Below, one piece after another: positions 36,350 to 44,096 of a DNA stretch of 44,525 bases. Under the pieces are notes generated by a model. That model was not told the DNA's origin. It did not search any database and saw only the letters and a program-made list of their open reading frames with translations. Each line of letters begins with the position of its first letter. Positions within the stretch are counted from its first letter, which is position 1. The position numbers and the translations under genes are program-made. Source of the DNA: a virus; the IMG/VR virus record IMGVR_UViG_3300048074_000119. The stretch is one strand, 5' to 3'.

Positions 36350-36444
36350 AAAGCAGAGCTTCTAACTCTGCAATGCAAAGCCAAAGCAGAGCTTGACAAA
36401 GCTCTGCCATGACCAAAGCAGAGGTTCTTGCGAAAGCAGAGCTA
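36350..36444. repeat. Cluster of AAAGCAGAG direct/inverted repeats
   Basis: Direct copies at 36350, 36383, 36415 and 36433; inverted CTCTGC at 36366 and 36402. Confidence 0.8.
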
Positions 36445-36596
36445 CTGGTCGGGCGGTTAGGTAGTATGCGCGTTCAGGCACACGCTAGCGGAACGCGAGG
36501 CGTGCGGCAAGTGTCGAATCGTTCGCGCTCGATCGTGCGAGTGTCGCGCGGCGCATCGGCTCGCACGTGGCGCGCGTGGTCGGCTACCATGTTCGC

Positions 36597-37922
36597 ATGC
36601 GTACGTGGCAGAAAGTAGCAATCGGTCTCGGAACCCTCGCCATGATCGGCGTGGCCGTGACGTGGACGAACGATGCGCGCGCGATGGAGATCGGCAAGCT
36701 CCTGCGCACGGGCGGGTACGCGCCCGCGCCCAACGTGCTCACGTACGCGAACGCGGTCGACGTGGTCACGCACGAGAGCGGCAAGCCGTTCGCGATCGAC
36801 TGGTGCTTGCAGGAGCAGGCGGCCGGACGCGCGGTGCTCATCCCCACGAGCATGTACCAGGGCAAGCTCCCGAAGCCCGGCTACCCCTCGAGTCTCATCT
36901 CCGTCCCACCCGAGCGCGTGGGGGAGGCGACCAAGAGCGGCTTGTTCGTGCGGCTGCCCGATGCCTCGGTGAAGGCGGCGACCTCCACGGGGGACGATGG
37001 CGCGGTGTCTGAGCTCACGCCCGAGGAGGCGCGCCTGCTCACGCCCGCGTGGGCGGACACGGACTTCGTGCAGCTCATCGAGGTGTGCAAGGACATCCGG
37101 TGCAAGCCCGAGGACTTGCTGCTCGTCCTCTGCTCGGAGTCGAACCTGCGCCCGGACGCCCGCAACCCCAAGGACATGAAGGTCCAGTGGCCGTTCGCCG
37201 TCGGGCTGAACCAGCTGACGTTCGACGCCCTGGTGATGCTCGGCCGCTTCACGCCCGACCAGCGCGGGGAGTGGCCGCCCGTCGCCCAGCAGATCCTCGA
37301 CACGCCCGTGGGGGCGCAGCTCGAGATGGTGCGCCAGTATTTCAACGCCACGCCGTGGGGCAAGGACGGGCACGAGTGGACCTCGGCCGCCAAGCTCTAC
37401 CAGGCGAACGCGGCCCCCTCGACGCTCTACACCGGGGACGCGATGACCTCGGTCATCTACCCCGAGGGATCGAAGTCGTACGACCTCAACAAGGGCCTGG
37501 ACGTCAACGGCGACGGGCAGGTGACCCTCGGCGACCTCGCGGGCGCGGTGAACTACTACAAGGGCACCCCGCTCTACAAGGCGGCCATCGTGCGCCTCAA
37601 CGAGGCTCGAGCCCGCCTCGGGATGAGCAGCTCGAGCACGAGCGGCGTCTCCTACAACGCCGCGCGCCACGCCAAGGCGCTGGTGTTGCAGCACGCGCAC
37701 CGGATGCCCTGGCTCCGGTCGGTCTCCATCCGGCCGACGGTGGGTGGGCACGCGCTCGCGATTACCACGGCCCCTGGCTACGAGCTGCACCTGCCCGTGG
37801 TCCAAGGCGTGCCGGTCATCGCTGCGGGCGCGCCCGCGCGCGCGTCCGCCCGGCGCGACCCCAGCACGATGTGGGTCCTGATGCGCGACGGTTCGTGTGT
37901 CCCCGTTCCCCTCTCGGAGTAG
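36597..37922 (+). CDS. Membrane-anchored lysozyme-like/lytic transglycosylase protein
   Basis: N-terminal TM; SESNLRPDARN (catalytic ES), AVGLNQL, YDLNKGLDVNGDGQVT. Confidence 0.7.
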   Translation: MRTWQKVAIGLGTLAMIGVAVTWTNDARAMEIGKLLRTGGYAPAPNVLTYANAVDVVTHESGKPFAIDWCLQEQAAGRAVLIPTSMYQGKLPKPGYPSSLISVPPERVGEATKSGLFVRLPDASVKAATSTGDDGAVSELTPEEARLLTPAWADTDFVQLIEVCKDIRCKPEDLLLVLCSESNLRPDARNPKDMKVQWPFAVGLNQLTFDALVMLGRFTPDQRGEWPPVAQQILDTPVGAQLEMVRQYFNATPWGKDGHEWTSAAKLYQANAAPSTLYTGDAMTSVIYPEGSKSYDLNKGLDVNGDGQVTLGDLAGAVNYYKGTPLYKAAIVRLNEARARLGMSSSSTSGVSYNAARHAKALVLQHAHRMPWLRSVSIRPTVGGHALAITTAPGYELHLPVVQGVPVIAAGAPARASARRDPSTMWVLMRDGSCVPVPLSE

Positions 37923-37923
37923 C

Positions 37924-38658
37924 ATGCCCCCCTTCCAGTCCCCCGCGTTCGCCCGCACCCCCGCCCCCACCCGCTCGCGCGCGCCCGCGCCCGCGAGCTC
38001 GCCCGTGCTCATGCGCGCGCCCACGCCCATGTCGGCGTGCGTGTTCACCCGGGTGGACGCGAGCCCCCTCGAGATGCACGGGGCGCTGACGCTGCTCCAC
38101 TGGGTCAACCGCGGTCCGACCGACGCGATGATCCAGTACGTCCAAGGCGAGGGCGCGGTGATCGTGAGCGTGGAGGTCAACGGTCGCCTGGTCCGCTCGA
38201 GCACCGAGGGCGACGCCCGGATGCGCTTCGACGACAAGATGCCGGTCGTCCCTCCCCAGGGAGAGGTCCGCATCATGGTCAAGCGCGTGAGCGCCTCGAG
38301 CGCGCCCGGGGCGCAGCTCGGGGTGTTCGGTGCCTCGCTCCCCCGCACGGGCGGCGCGCACACGGGCGGGGGCCTGGACGCCCCCGCGTACGCGGGCGCG
38401 GACGCGACCCCGGTCGCGACGCCGTTCCTCGACACCGTGAAGCTGGTGGCGATTGCCGGCCTCGTGGGCGCGGGCGCGGGCGCGCTCGGGACGTACCTGC
38501 TCATGCGCAGGAGGGTGACGCGATCGTTCGACGATGGGTACATCAAAGGGATGCGAGCCCAGCGAGACATCGCACCGCCCTACCGGACGAACTATCAGAC
38601 GAACACGGGCCGCTTGGGCGAGTTCGCGTTCTACCCGAAGGGGATCCCGCGGTCATGA
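37924..38658 (+). CDS. Hypothetical protein with C-terminal TM helix
   Basis: LVAIAGLVGAGAGALGTYLLMRRR. Confidence 0.65.
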   Translation: MPPFQSPAFARTPAPTRSRAPAPASSPVLMRAPTPMSACVFTRVDASPLEMHGALTLLHWVNRGPTDAMIQYVQGEGAVIVSVEVNGRLVRSSTEGDARMRFDDKMPVVPPQGEVRIMVKRVSASSAPGAQLGVFGASLPRTGGAHTGGGLDAPAYAGADATPVATPFLDTVKLVAIAGLVGAGAGALGTYLLMRRRVTRSFDDGYIKGMRAQRDIAPPYRTNYQTNTGRLGEFAFYPKGIPRS

Positions 38659-39155
38659 GCGCGTACGGCAACTGCCCGACCTGCAACGAGCCCGGCGTCA
38701 CCACGTGTCGCTGCCGCGCGGGCGACACCCGCTGCAAGAACGGCCACCACTGGCACCGCTTCAACGGCGAGATCCACTTCGGCCCGTGGGACCACGGCAA
38801 GGACCCGACGAACGCTCACTCGCACGCTGCGTGCGTGCGCGCCCACGCGCGCGAGCGCCTGCACACGGGCGCGGACGTGGCCACCGCGCTGCCCCCGGTC
38901 GCGTCCAGCCAACCCGTTCCCGTCGCGCCAGCCCCCGCCGTCCAGTCGGGGCCTGGCATGGTCGCGAAGGCGATGGACGTGCTCTGGATGGGATGCTTCG
39001 TCGCGGTGCCGGTCGGTGGCGTCATGTACCTGGCGGGCAGGAAGGAACTCGGCAAGAAGGTGGCGAAGGTCGGAGCGATCGGTGCTCTCGCTCCGGTCGC
39101 TGTGGCGGTGGGGTACGTCTCTCTCTGGGCTCTGTCAGGGATGGTGAAGAAATGA
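38655..39155 (+). CDS. Cys/His-rich N-terminal domain + TM protein
   Basis: CPTC...CRC...CKNGHHWH; two hydrophobic helices; ATGA overlaps. Confidence 0.65.
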   Translation: MSAYGNCPTCNEPGVTTCRCRAGDTRCKNGHHWHRFNGEIHFGPWDHGKDPTNAHSHAACVRAHARERLHTGADVATALPPVASSQPVPVAPAPAVQSGPGMVAKAMDVLWMGCFVAVPVGGVMYLAGRKELGKKVAKVGAIGALAPVAVAVGYVSLWALSGMVKK

Positions 39156-39841
39156 AGGCGCTGTCGCTGCTGCTGATCCTCGCCACGGTCCTCTGTGGCT
39201 GCCACCCCTGCTCGCCCACGCCCGGGCCCACGCGCGCGGACGCGCCTGCGCCCGACGCGAGCGCCGACACGCCCGTGGGCACGTCGGTGACGGTGGAGAA
39301 CGCGACGGCCAAGGACACGGTGGTGTTCCTGGCGTTCGGGTCGGACTCGGTCGTCCTCCCGTCCTCGTGGACGTTCTGCCCCCCGAGCTCGACCCTCACC
39401 TGCTCCTTCCCCTTGAAGGCGAAGACGAAGCAGGCGCTGCCCACGGGGGGGAGCTACCTGAACGTCACCATCAGCTTCGACAGCCCGGTGACCTGTGGCA
39501 CGACGAAGGCCGAGGTGAACGCCAACAACCCGAGCTGGTACGACGTGACCGACATCTCCCTGGTCGATGGCTTCTCGAACTACATCGTCGTCGACGCGAA
39601 CGGGACGAAGCTCTTCACGCGCGGCAAGTCGAACAACGAGAAGTCGTTCGGCGTCTACCCGCTGGGCTGTGACGCCTGCACCTCTCGGCTCAAGCCGCCG
39701 TGCGGGTTCCCCGCGGGCACCACGACCGGCTGCAAGACGGGCACCCAGTACAAGCCGGATGTTCCGTGCCAGTACCAGGGTCCGACCAAGGGTGGTGGCG
39801 GTTCCATCGTCGTCACGCTGGTGCAGCCCGAGCCAGCCTGA
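39152..39841 (+). CDS. Lipoprotein with thaumatin-like motif
   Basis: Lipobox LCGC; YDVTDISLVDGFS resembles thaumatin YDVSLVDGFN; Cys-rich. Confidence 0.6.
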   Translation: MKALSLLLILATVLCGCHPCSPTPGPTRADAPAPDASADTPVGTSVTVENATAKDTVVFLAFGSDSVVLPSSWTFCPPSSTLTCSFPLKAKTKQALPTGGSYLNVTISFDSPVTCGTTKAEVNANNPSWYDVTDISLVDGFSNYIVVDANGTKLFTRGKSNNEKSFGVYPLGCDACTSRLKPPCGFPAGTTTGCKTGTQYKPDVPCQYQGPTKGGGGSIVVTLVQPEPA

Positions 39842-39852
39842 CCGTCCGCGCG

Positions 39853-39881
39853 TTGCCGCTCGGACATGGTCCGGGTATGGT
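39853..39881 (+). promoter_or_regulatory. Sigma70-type promoter for a leaderless gene
   Basis: TTGCCG-N17-TATGGT, ATG 6 nt downstream. Confidence 0.5.
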
Positions 39882-39887
39882 CTGTGT

Positions 39888-40148
39888 ATGAGCCTGTATC
39901 CGGACCAGATCACGCCCGGCAGTGGTTACGACCACCCCGCCTACTTCGACGAGGGCATGTTCGTCATGGTGCCGTGCACGAAGGCGCATGCCGAGGCGAT
40001 CGGTGCGGGCGATCGCTGGAGCGCGACGTGCGGCATCCGGTGCAAGGTGGTGGTCGCCGCGGGTGAGCACGCGCGCGTCGTGCACGAGCGCGCGGGAATC
40101 GATCGCTGGGTCTCGAAGTACGGGTGTCTGGTCAAGGTGGCCGCCTGA
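39888..40148 (+). CDS. Small hypothetical protein
   Basis: MSLYPDQITPG..., TGATG coupling to the phosphatase. Confidence 0.6.
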   Translation: MSLYPDQITPGSGYDHPAYFDEGMFVMVPCTKAHAEAIGAGDRWSATCGIRCKVVVAAGEHARVVHERAGIDRWVSKYGCLVKVAA

Positions 40149-40699
40149 TGTCGGCCGAGGTGCACTTCTACGTGTGCGGTCGGATGCTCGCGCGCGAGTA
40201 CCAGATCGAGTTCGCGCCTTCGGTCATCGTGAGCATCACCGATCCGAAGAGCCACCCCGTGCGCTTCAACGACGCGCCGCAGGCGAAGATCGTGCGGCTC
40301 GAGTTCCACGACTACTGCGACCAGATGCCCCAAGACGTGATCGACGGGCTCCTCAAGGACGGGCATCCGACGCACCTGTTCGATCGGGCGGCCGCGAGGA
40401 CGATCCTGGACGAGGTGCTGCCCGTGGTGATCAACGCGCCGCGCGGCCCGATGCTCATCGTGGTGCATTGCGAGGCGGGCCTCTCTCGTTCGGTGGGCGT
40501 CGCCCGCGCGCTCAGCCGCATCCTCGGCGACAACGGCATCGAGACGGTCGTGCACGGGGTGCACGCAGAGAACACTGGCAACTCGAGGGTCGTGCGCGAG
40601 CTGCTCGAGGAAGCGGAGCGCCGCGGGGTGTACCGCAAGCCGTTCACGCAGGACCCGCCACTGTCGCTGCCGAAGCCCAAGTTGCGCTTCACGGATTGA
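40148..40699 (+). CDS. Cys-dependent (CX5R) tyrosine/dual-specificity phosphatase-like protein
   Basis: VSITDP, LEFHD, VHCEAGLSRS. Confidence 0.85.
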   Translation: MSAEVHFYVCGRMLAREYQIEFAPSVIVSITDPKSHPVRFNDAPQAKIVRLEFHDYCDQMPQDVIDGLLKDGHPTHLFDRAAARTILDEVLPVVINAPRGPMLIVVHCEAGLSRSVGVARALSRILGDNGIETVVHGVHAENTGNSRVVRELLEEAERRGVYRKPFTQDPPLSLPKPKLRFTD

Positions 40700-40715
40700 G
40701 TCCGAAAAATAGTTC

Positions 40716-40744
40716 TTGACAGGTCGGCGATGCCCCATCATCGT
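40716..40744 (+). promoter_or_regulatory. Putative promoter of the tRNA operon
   Basis: A-rich upstream tract GAAAAATAG, perfect TTGACA, N17, weak -10 CATCGT. Confidence 0.55.
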
Positions 40745-40754
40745 GGGAGACAAG

Positions 40755-40904
40755 ATGTTGTGCCCGTCAGCCACCAGCTCCATTCGCACCGCGGCCCACA
40801 GGGGTCACGGCGGCGTGTGGGCTGCGGTCGGCTATGCGGCGGAGTGCACCCAGGATCCCCGAGCCCCCTTCTTCGGGAATACGCGCAAGCCGGAGGAGGG
40901 ATAG
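40755..40904 (+). CDS. Leader peptide (49 aa, all 20 amino acids) of a putative attenuator
   Basis: GGGAGA SD; MLCPSATSSIRTAAHRGHGGVWAAVGYAAECTQDPRAPFFGNTRKPEEG; lies between promoter and terminator. Confidence 0.6.
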   Translation: MLCPSATSSIRTAAHRGHGGVWAAVGYAAECTQDPRAPFFGNTRKPEEG

Positions 40905-40940
40905 GGGCGGACCAAGACGAGCAGCAGCAAGCTCCGTTCG

Positions 40941-40978
40941 AGGCCGCCCAGGGAAACCCAGGCGGCCTTTCTCGTTTC
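40941..40978 (+). terminator. Intrinsic terminator immediately upstream of the first tRNA
   Basis: AGGCCGCC-caGGGaaaCCCa-GGCGGCCT followed by TTCTCGTTTC. Confidence 0.75.
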
Positions 40979-40981
40979 TGA

Positions 40982-41063
40982 CCCGGTGAAGTTCGGCTGG
41001 GACCGATGGGTGGTTGTAACCCACTCGCCGCAGGCTAGTCAGGTTCGATTCCTGGCACCGGGA
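40982..41063 (+). tRNA. tRNA-Tyr(GTA)
   Basis: Cloverleaf; anticodon loop TTGTAAC; long variable arm; GGTTCGATTCC. Confidence 0.8.
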
Positions 41064-41108
41064 CGAAAGGCATCAGATGAAGCGCAAACCAACAAGCCGC
41101 ATCGACGA

Positions 41109-41180
41109 GGAGGCGTAGTGTAGCGGCTGCACAGTGGGCTTTTACCCCATCAGGCGAGAGTTCGAGCCTCTCCGCCTCCA
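41109..41180 (+). tRNA. tRNA-Lys(TTT)
   Basis: Loop CTTTTAC; GGAGGCG/CGCCTCC acceptor. Confidence 0.85.
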
Positions 41181-41188
41181 CGGCACAC

Positions 41189-41261
41189 GGGTCCGAGGTG
41201 TAATGGTCGGCATAGCGAGCTCTTACCTCGACAGGAGGGGGTTCAATTCCCCCCGGACCCA
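41189..41261 (+). tRNA. tRNA-Lys(CTT)
   Basis: Loop CTCTTAC; GGGTCCG/CGGACCC acceptor. Confidence 0.85.
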
Positions 41262-41268
41262 CGATCAT

Positions 41269-41343
41269 TGGGGATTCGCCAAACGGCTAAGGCACCGGTT
41301 TCTGAGTCCGGCACTGGTGGTTCGAGTCCACCATCCCCAACCA
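41269..41343 (+). tRNA. tRNA-Gln(CTG)
   Basis: Loop TTCTGAG; encoded CCA. Confidence 0.9.
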
Positions 41344-41344
41344 C

Positions 41345-41373
41345 TCCCGCAAGGGAACCTGCTCTCTGACAAC
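41345..41373 (+). promoter_or_regulatory. boxB-like hairpin + boxA-like antitermination signal
   Basis: TCCC-GCAA-GGGA then TGCTCTCTGACAAC (rrn boxA approx. TGCTCTTTAACA). Confidence 0.5.
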
Positions 41374-41417
41374 CTGAACTTTCATCCGATCGGCGTTGCA
41401 AGCGCCGCTCGGAAACT

Positions 41418-41494
41418 GTGGCCCTCGCACCTCTGGTGAGTGCAACCGGCTGTTAACCGGTCCAAGCAGGGTTCGATCCCCTGGGGCTACGCCA
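41418..41494 (+). tRNA. tRNA-Asn(GTT)
   Basis: Loop CTGTTAA; G73 + CCA. Confidence 0.85.
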
Positions 41495-41495
41495 C

Positions 41496-41567
41496 GTCCC
41501 CTACGCCTACATGGTGAGGTGCCGCTTTCGTACTGCGGAGAAGCCGGTTCGATTCCGGCAGGGGGCT
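41496..41567 (+). tRNA. tRNA-Thr(CGT)
   Basis: Loop TTCGTAC. Confidence 0.8.
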
Positions 41568-41573
41568 CTACAC

Positions 41574-41645
41574 GGTCCGGAGGCGCAACGGGTTGCGCGC
41601 CTGGTTGAAACCCAGGAGGAGTCGGTTCGAGTCCGACCTGGACCA
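41574..41645 (+). tRNA. tRNA-Phe(GAA)
   Basis: Loop TTGAAAC. Confidence 0.85.
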
Positions 41646-41646
41646 C

Positions 41647-41718
41647 CGGGGTGTCGCACAGCGGTAGTGCTCGTGCTTTGGGTGCACGATGTTGCTGGTT
41701 CGATTCCAGTCACCCCGA
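41647..41718 (+). tRNA. tRNA-Pro(TGG)
   Basis: Loop TTTGGGT; CGGGGTG/CACCCCG acceptor. Confidence 0.85.
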
Positions 41719-41725
41719 CGATCAT

Positions 41726-41802
41726 GGTGGTGTGAGGGAGCAAGAGAACCCGGCCGATTGTGGATCGGTCTTCGACGGGGGCAGTACCCGTACACCACCC
41801 CA
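41726..41802 (+). tRNA. tRNA-His(GTG)
   Basis: G-1:C73; loop TTGTGGA; atypical T-loop GGCAGTA; CCA. Confidence 0.8.
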
Positions 41803-41805
41803 ACT

Positions 41806-41876
41806 GTCCTTGCCGAAGGTCGGCGCTGGCACTCCTAAGGCCAAGCGACGCGGTTCGATTCCGCGCAGGGACGCCA
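41806..41876 (+). tRNA. tRNA-Arg(CCT), short D-arm
   Basis: Loop CTCCTAA; CCA. Confidence 0.7.
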
Positions 41877-41877
41877 T

Positions 41878-41949
41878 GCCTCGTGATGCGACTGGGGTCG
41901 CAGGCCGCCTGTCTCGCGGTTGAGACGGGTTCAATCCCCGTACGAGGCG
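41878..41949 (+). tRNA. tRNA-Asp(GTC)
   Basis: Loop CTGTCTC; G73. Confidence 0.8.
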
Positions 41950-42025
41950 CTGGCTCCCGTGAGCCTCAACACGGGTGGTGCTCCGCCGGATCAGCACCGC
42001 GTGAAATCGCGACACCCCGGCCCAT

Positions 42026-42112
42026 GGAAGATGAATCGCTCAAGGGAGCGAGCCCGGTTGCTAGCCGGTGCGGTGCTTCGGCACTGGGGTTCGAGCCCTC
42101 CGTCTTCCGCCA
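42026..42112 (+). tRNA. tRNA-Ser(GCT)
   Basis: Loop TTGCTAG; long variable arm; G73 + CCA. Confidence 0.85.
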
Positions 42113-42113
42113 C

Positions 42114-42185
42114 ACGGACGAGGCCATGGCGGCCGAGCGGTTTCCAACTCCGCGGGACCAGGTTCGATTCCTGGCGTCCGTGCCA
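42114..42185 (+). tRNA. tRNA-Trp(CCA)
   Basis: Loop TTCCAAC; G73 + CCA. Confidence 0.8.
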
Positions 42186-42274
42186 GCGCATGCCGAGGCT
42201 GCGTGACAGAGCGAGCGGCACCATCAAGGTCGCGAACGTGGGATCGCCAGCACGAGCCGCGCTCTGGTGATGAC

Positions 42275-42348
42275 GGGCTCGTAGCTTGAAGGGCAAGCAC
42301 TTCGCTGGCAGCGAGGAGTCAGGGGTTCGATTCCCCTCGGGTCCACCA
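42275..42348 (+). tRNA. tRNA-Ala(GGC)
   Basis: G3:U70; loop CTGGCAG; CCA. Confidence 0.9.
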
Positions 42349-42353
42349 ACCTT

Positions 42354-42435
42354 GCCGAGGTGGCGGAACGGCAGACGCAGCGAGCTCAAACCTCGCCGCC
42401 CACGTGGCATGCGGGTTCAACTCCCGCTCTCGGCA
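42354..42435 (+). tRNA. tRNA-Leu(CAA)
   Basis: Loop CTCAAAC; variable arm. Confidence 0.9.
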
Positions 42436-42439
42436 CTTC

Positions 42440-42510
42440 GGGGAAGTCGTACAACGGAAGTACCACCGCTTTGCGAGCGGATGATGCCAGTTCGACTCTG
42501 GTCTTCTCCA
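42440..42510 (+). tRNA. tRNA-Ala(TGC)
   Basis: G3:U70; loop TTTGCGA. Confidence 0.8.
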
Positions 42511-42574
42511 CCGCGACTTCGGTGAGCGGCCACGCGCGTTTCGCGCGTCGCTGCCTCATCGCTGTCGCGATCCC

Positions 42575-42645
42575 GGGCTCGTAGCTTGAAGGGCAAGCAC
42601 CTCGTTCGCAATGAGGAGTTGGGGGTTCGATTCCCCTCGGGTCCA
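42575..42645 (+). tRNA. tRNA-Ala(CGC)
   Basis: Near-duplicate of the 42275 copy; loop TTCGCAA. Confidence 0.85.
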
Positions 42646-42721
42646 CCCAGCTGGCGTGACCTCTTCGTTCGCGGGCGCCAACGTGCCGAAGAGCGGAGTG
42701 GTGGCGTCAGCTGGACCACAT

Positions 42722-42793
42722 GCCGGTCAGGTCCCCGTGGGGGGGCGCGTCCTTGGTACGGACGAGGGGCGGGTTCGACTCCCGCGACTGGCT
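42722..42793 (+). tRNA. tRNA-Thr(GGT)
   Basis: Loop TTGGTAC. Confidence 0.8.
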
Positions 42794-42810
42794 CTACCCG
42801 AAAGGGGAAC

Positions 42811-42882
42811 GCGGGTGCGGCGCGATGGTCGCGCGCGGGCCTTCCAAGCCCTGAGGTGCCGGTTCGAGTCCGGTCACTCGCT
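42811..42882 (+). tRNA. tRNA-Gly(TCC)
   Basis: Loop CTTCCAA; U73. Confidence 0.85.
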
Positions 42883-42934
42883 CTGATGTTGACGGTCACT
42901 TGACGGCATGGCCCGCACATGGGTAACTTCGGGC

Positions 42935-43525
42935 ATGTCCGAACCGAAGGTCCTGGGAGAAGTCATCGGCGACGTCATGGAGAAGATGGACGCTCCGCCG
43001 AGCCTCGTCGCAGCGCTCCGTGCGGCGGGGCAGCAGCACTGCGGTGCGCCGCCGTCCACCATGCGGACCACGGTCGTGGGCTTGGACAAGAAGGACGGCA
43101 TGCCCAACATGATCACGAGGCCGCTCGAGCGCCCGTTCCGGATGGAGCGGGTCGTCGTCAGTCTCGATGTCGCACGCGCCGACCTGACGCCCGAGGAGCA
43201 GCTCGAGCAGATCACGATCGGCAAGAGGGAGTTGCTGGCGAATCCGATTCCGCTCAAGGTCGTCGTCAACCCGACGACCGCGATCCGGATGCTTCTCACG
43301 GAAGAGGAGGACGCGCTCTACGCCGCGGGCCTCCCCATCCCCCACTGGAACGAGTTGGCGGCGAAGGTCGACGCAGAGGTGGGCGTGATGCTCGACATGA
43401 TGATCGACGGCGACTGGTCGGAGAAGGGGGACTCGATCGAGTTCCGCTTCAGCGAGAAGGCGGCGGCCCGAATCGTCAACATGGCGATGTTCGGCGCGGT
43501 GGTGGTGGAGGATTCTGGAGGGTAA
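42935..43525 (+). CDS. Hypothetical protein inside the tRNA array
   Basis: MSEPKVLGEV..., high GC3; TTGACG-N18-TAACTT upstream; stop lies inside tRNA-Ser. Confidence 0.7.
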   Translation: MSEPKVLGEVIGDVMEKMDAPPSLVAALRAAGQQHCGAPPSTMRTTVVGLDKKDGMPNMITRPLERPFRMERVVVSLDVARADLTPEEQLEQITIGKRELLANPIPLKVVVNPTTAIRMLLTEEEDALYAAGLPIPHWNELAAKVDAEVGVMLDMMIDGDWSEKGDSIEFRFSEKAAARIVNMAMFGAVVVEDSGG

Positions 43526-43599
43526 TGCTCAGTGGCGGGCAACCGGTCTCGAAAACCGGGTCACGGTGAAACGTGGGGGTTCGACTCCTCTACCCTCCG
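43517..43599 (+). tRNA. tRNA-Ser(CGA)
   Basis: Loop CTCGAAA; variable arm; G73. Confidence 0.85.
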
Positions 43600-43603
43600 C
43601 AAT

Positions 43604-43676
43604 GCGTGTGAGGCCGACTGGTGAGGCACTTCCTTGCCAAGGAAGGACAGGACGGGTTCGATTCCCGCCACACGCT
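43604..43676 (+). tRNA. tRNA-Gly(GCC)
   Basis: Loop TTGCCAA; U73. Confidence 0.85.
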
Positions 43677-43678
43677 CG

Positions 43679-43954
43679 ATGGCCAACAAGTCCGATGGGT
43701 TGCTGCGCGACCTCGTGAACGTGCTCGACTCGATCGAGCGGTGCAAGAGCTGCCAGCACCTGCTCAACGAGGAGGCGGCCGACGAGTGCCACCATGGGTC
43801 GCTCGAGCGGGCGCTGGGGCGCGCGAGAACGCACCTGGCGAGCGGCGTCCTGCGCGAGCTCGCCCCGGTAGACTCCTCCACGCTGGACGAGGCTGGGCCT
43901 TCTAAGCCCGCGCCGCCGGGTTCGATTCCTGGGGAGGGGGCGACGCACCCATAG
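43679..43954 (+). CDS. Small hypothetical protein overlapping tRNA-Arg and the start of tRNA-Glu
   Basis: MANKSDGLLRDLVNVLDSIERCKSC...; coding-like GC3 over the first ~60 codons. Confidence 0.5.
   Translation: MANKSDGLLRDLVNVLDSIERCKSCQHLLNEEAADECHHGSLERALGRARTHLASGVLRELAPVDSSTLDEAGPSKPAPPGSIPGEGATHP
43873..43940 (+). tRNA. tRNA-Arg(TCT), short D-arm (possibly pseudo)
   Basis: Loop CTTCTAA; GGTTCGATTCC; CTCCTCC/GGAGGGG acceptor. Confidence 0.6.
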
Positions 43955-44018
43955 GCTAGGTGGTAAGGCCACGCGCCTTTCAAGCGCGGGATGCTGGGTT
44001 CGACTCCCGCTGGGTGCA
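43945..44018 (+). tRNA. tRNA-Glu(TTC)
   Basis: Loop CTTTCAA. Confidence 0.85.
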
Positions 44019-44022
44019 CAAC

Positions 44023-44095
44023 GACGTGGTGCTCCAGAGAGCGCCGCGGTCTGCAAAACCGCGTAGATGGGGTGCAACTCCCCTCCACGTCTCCA
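44023..44095 (+). tRNA. tRNA-Cys(GCA)
   Basis: Loop CTGCAAA; U73 + CCA. Confidence 0.8.
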
Positions 44096-44096
44096 C

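Noticed and set aside
36409-36618. 69-aa ORF MTKAEVLAKAEL
   Set aside because: By-product of the AAAGCAGAG repeats; no SD and atypical codon usage
42114-42185. Reading this tRNA as Gly(TCC) or a suppressor
   Set aside because: The 7-nt loop register gives CCA and G73 fits Trp; no CTA/TTA/TCA anticodons were found, so there is no sign of recoding
41035-42920. Short ORFs across the tRNA array
   Set aside because: Translations of tRNA sequence (GIEP/GSIP patterns)
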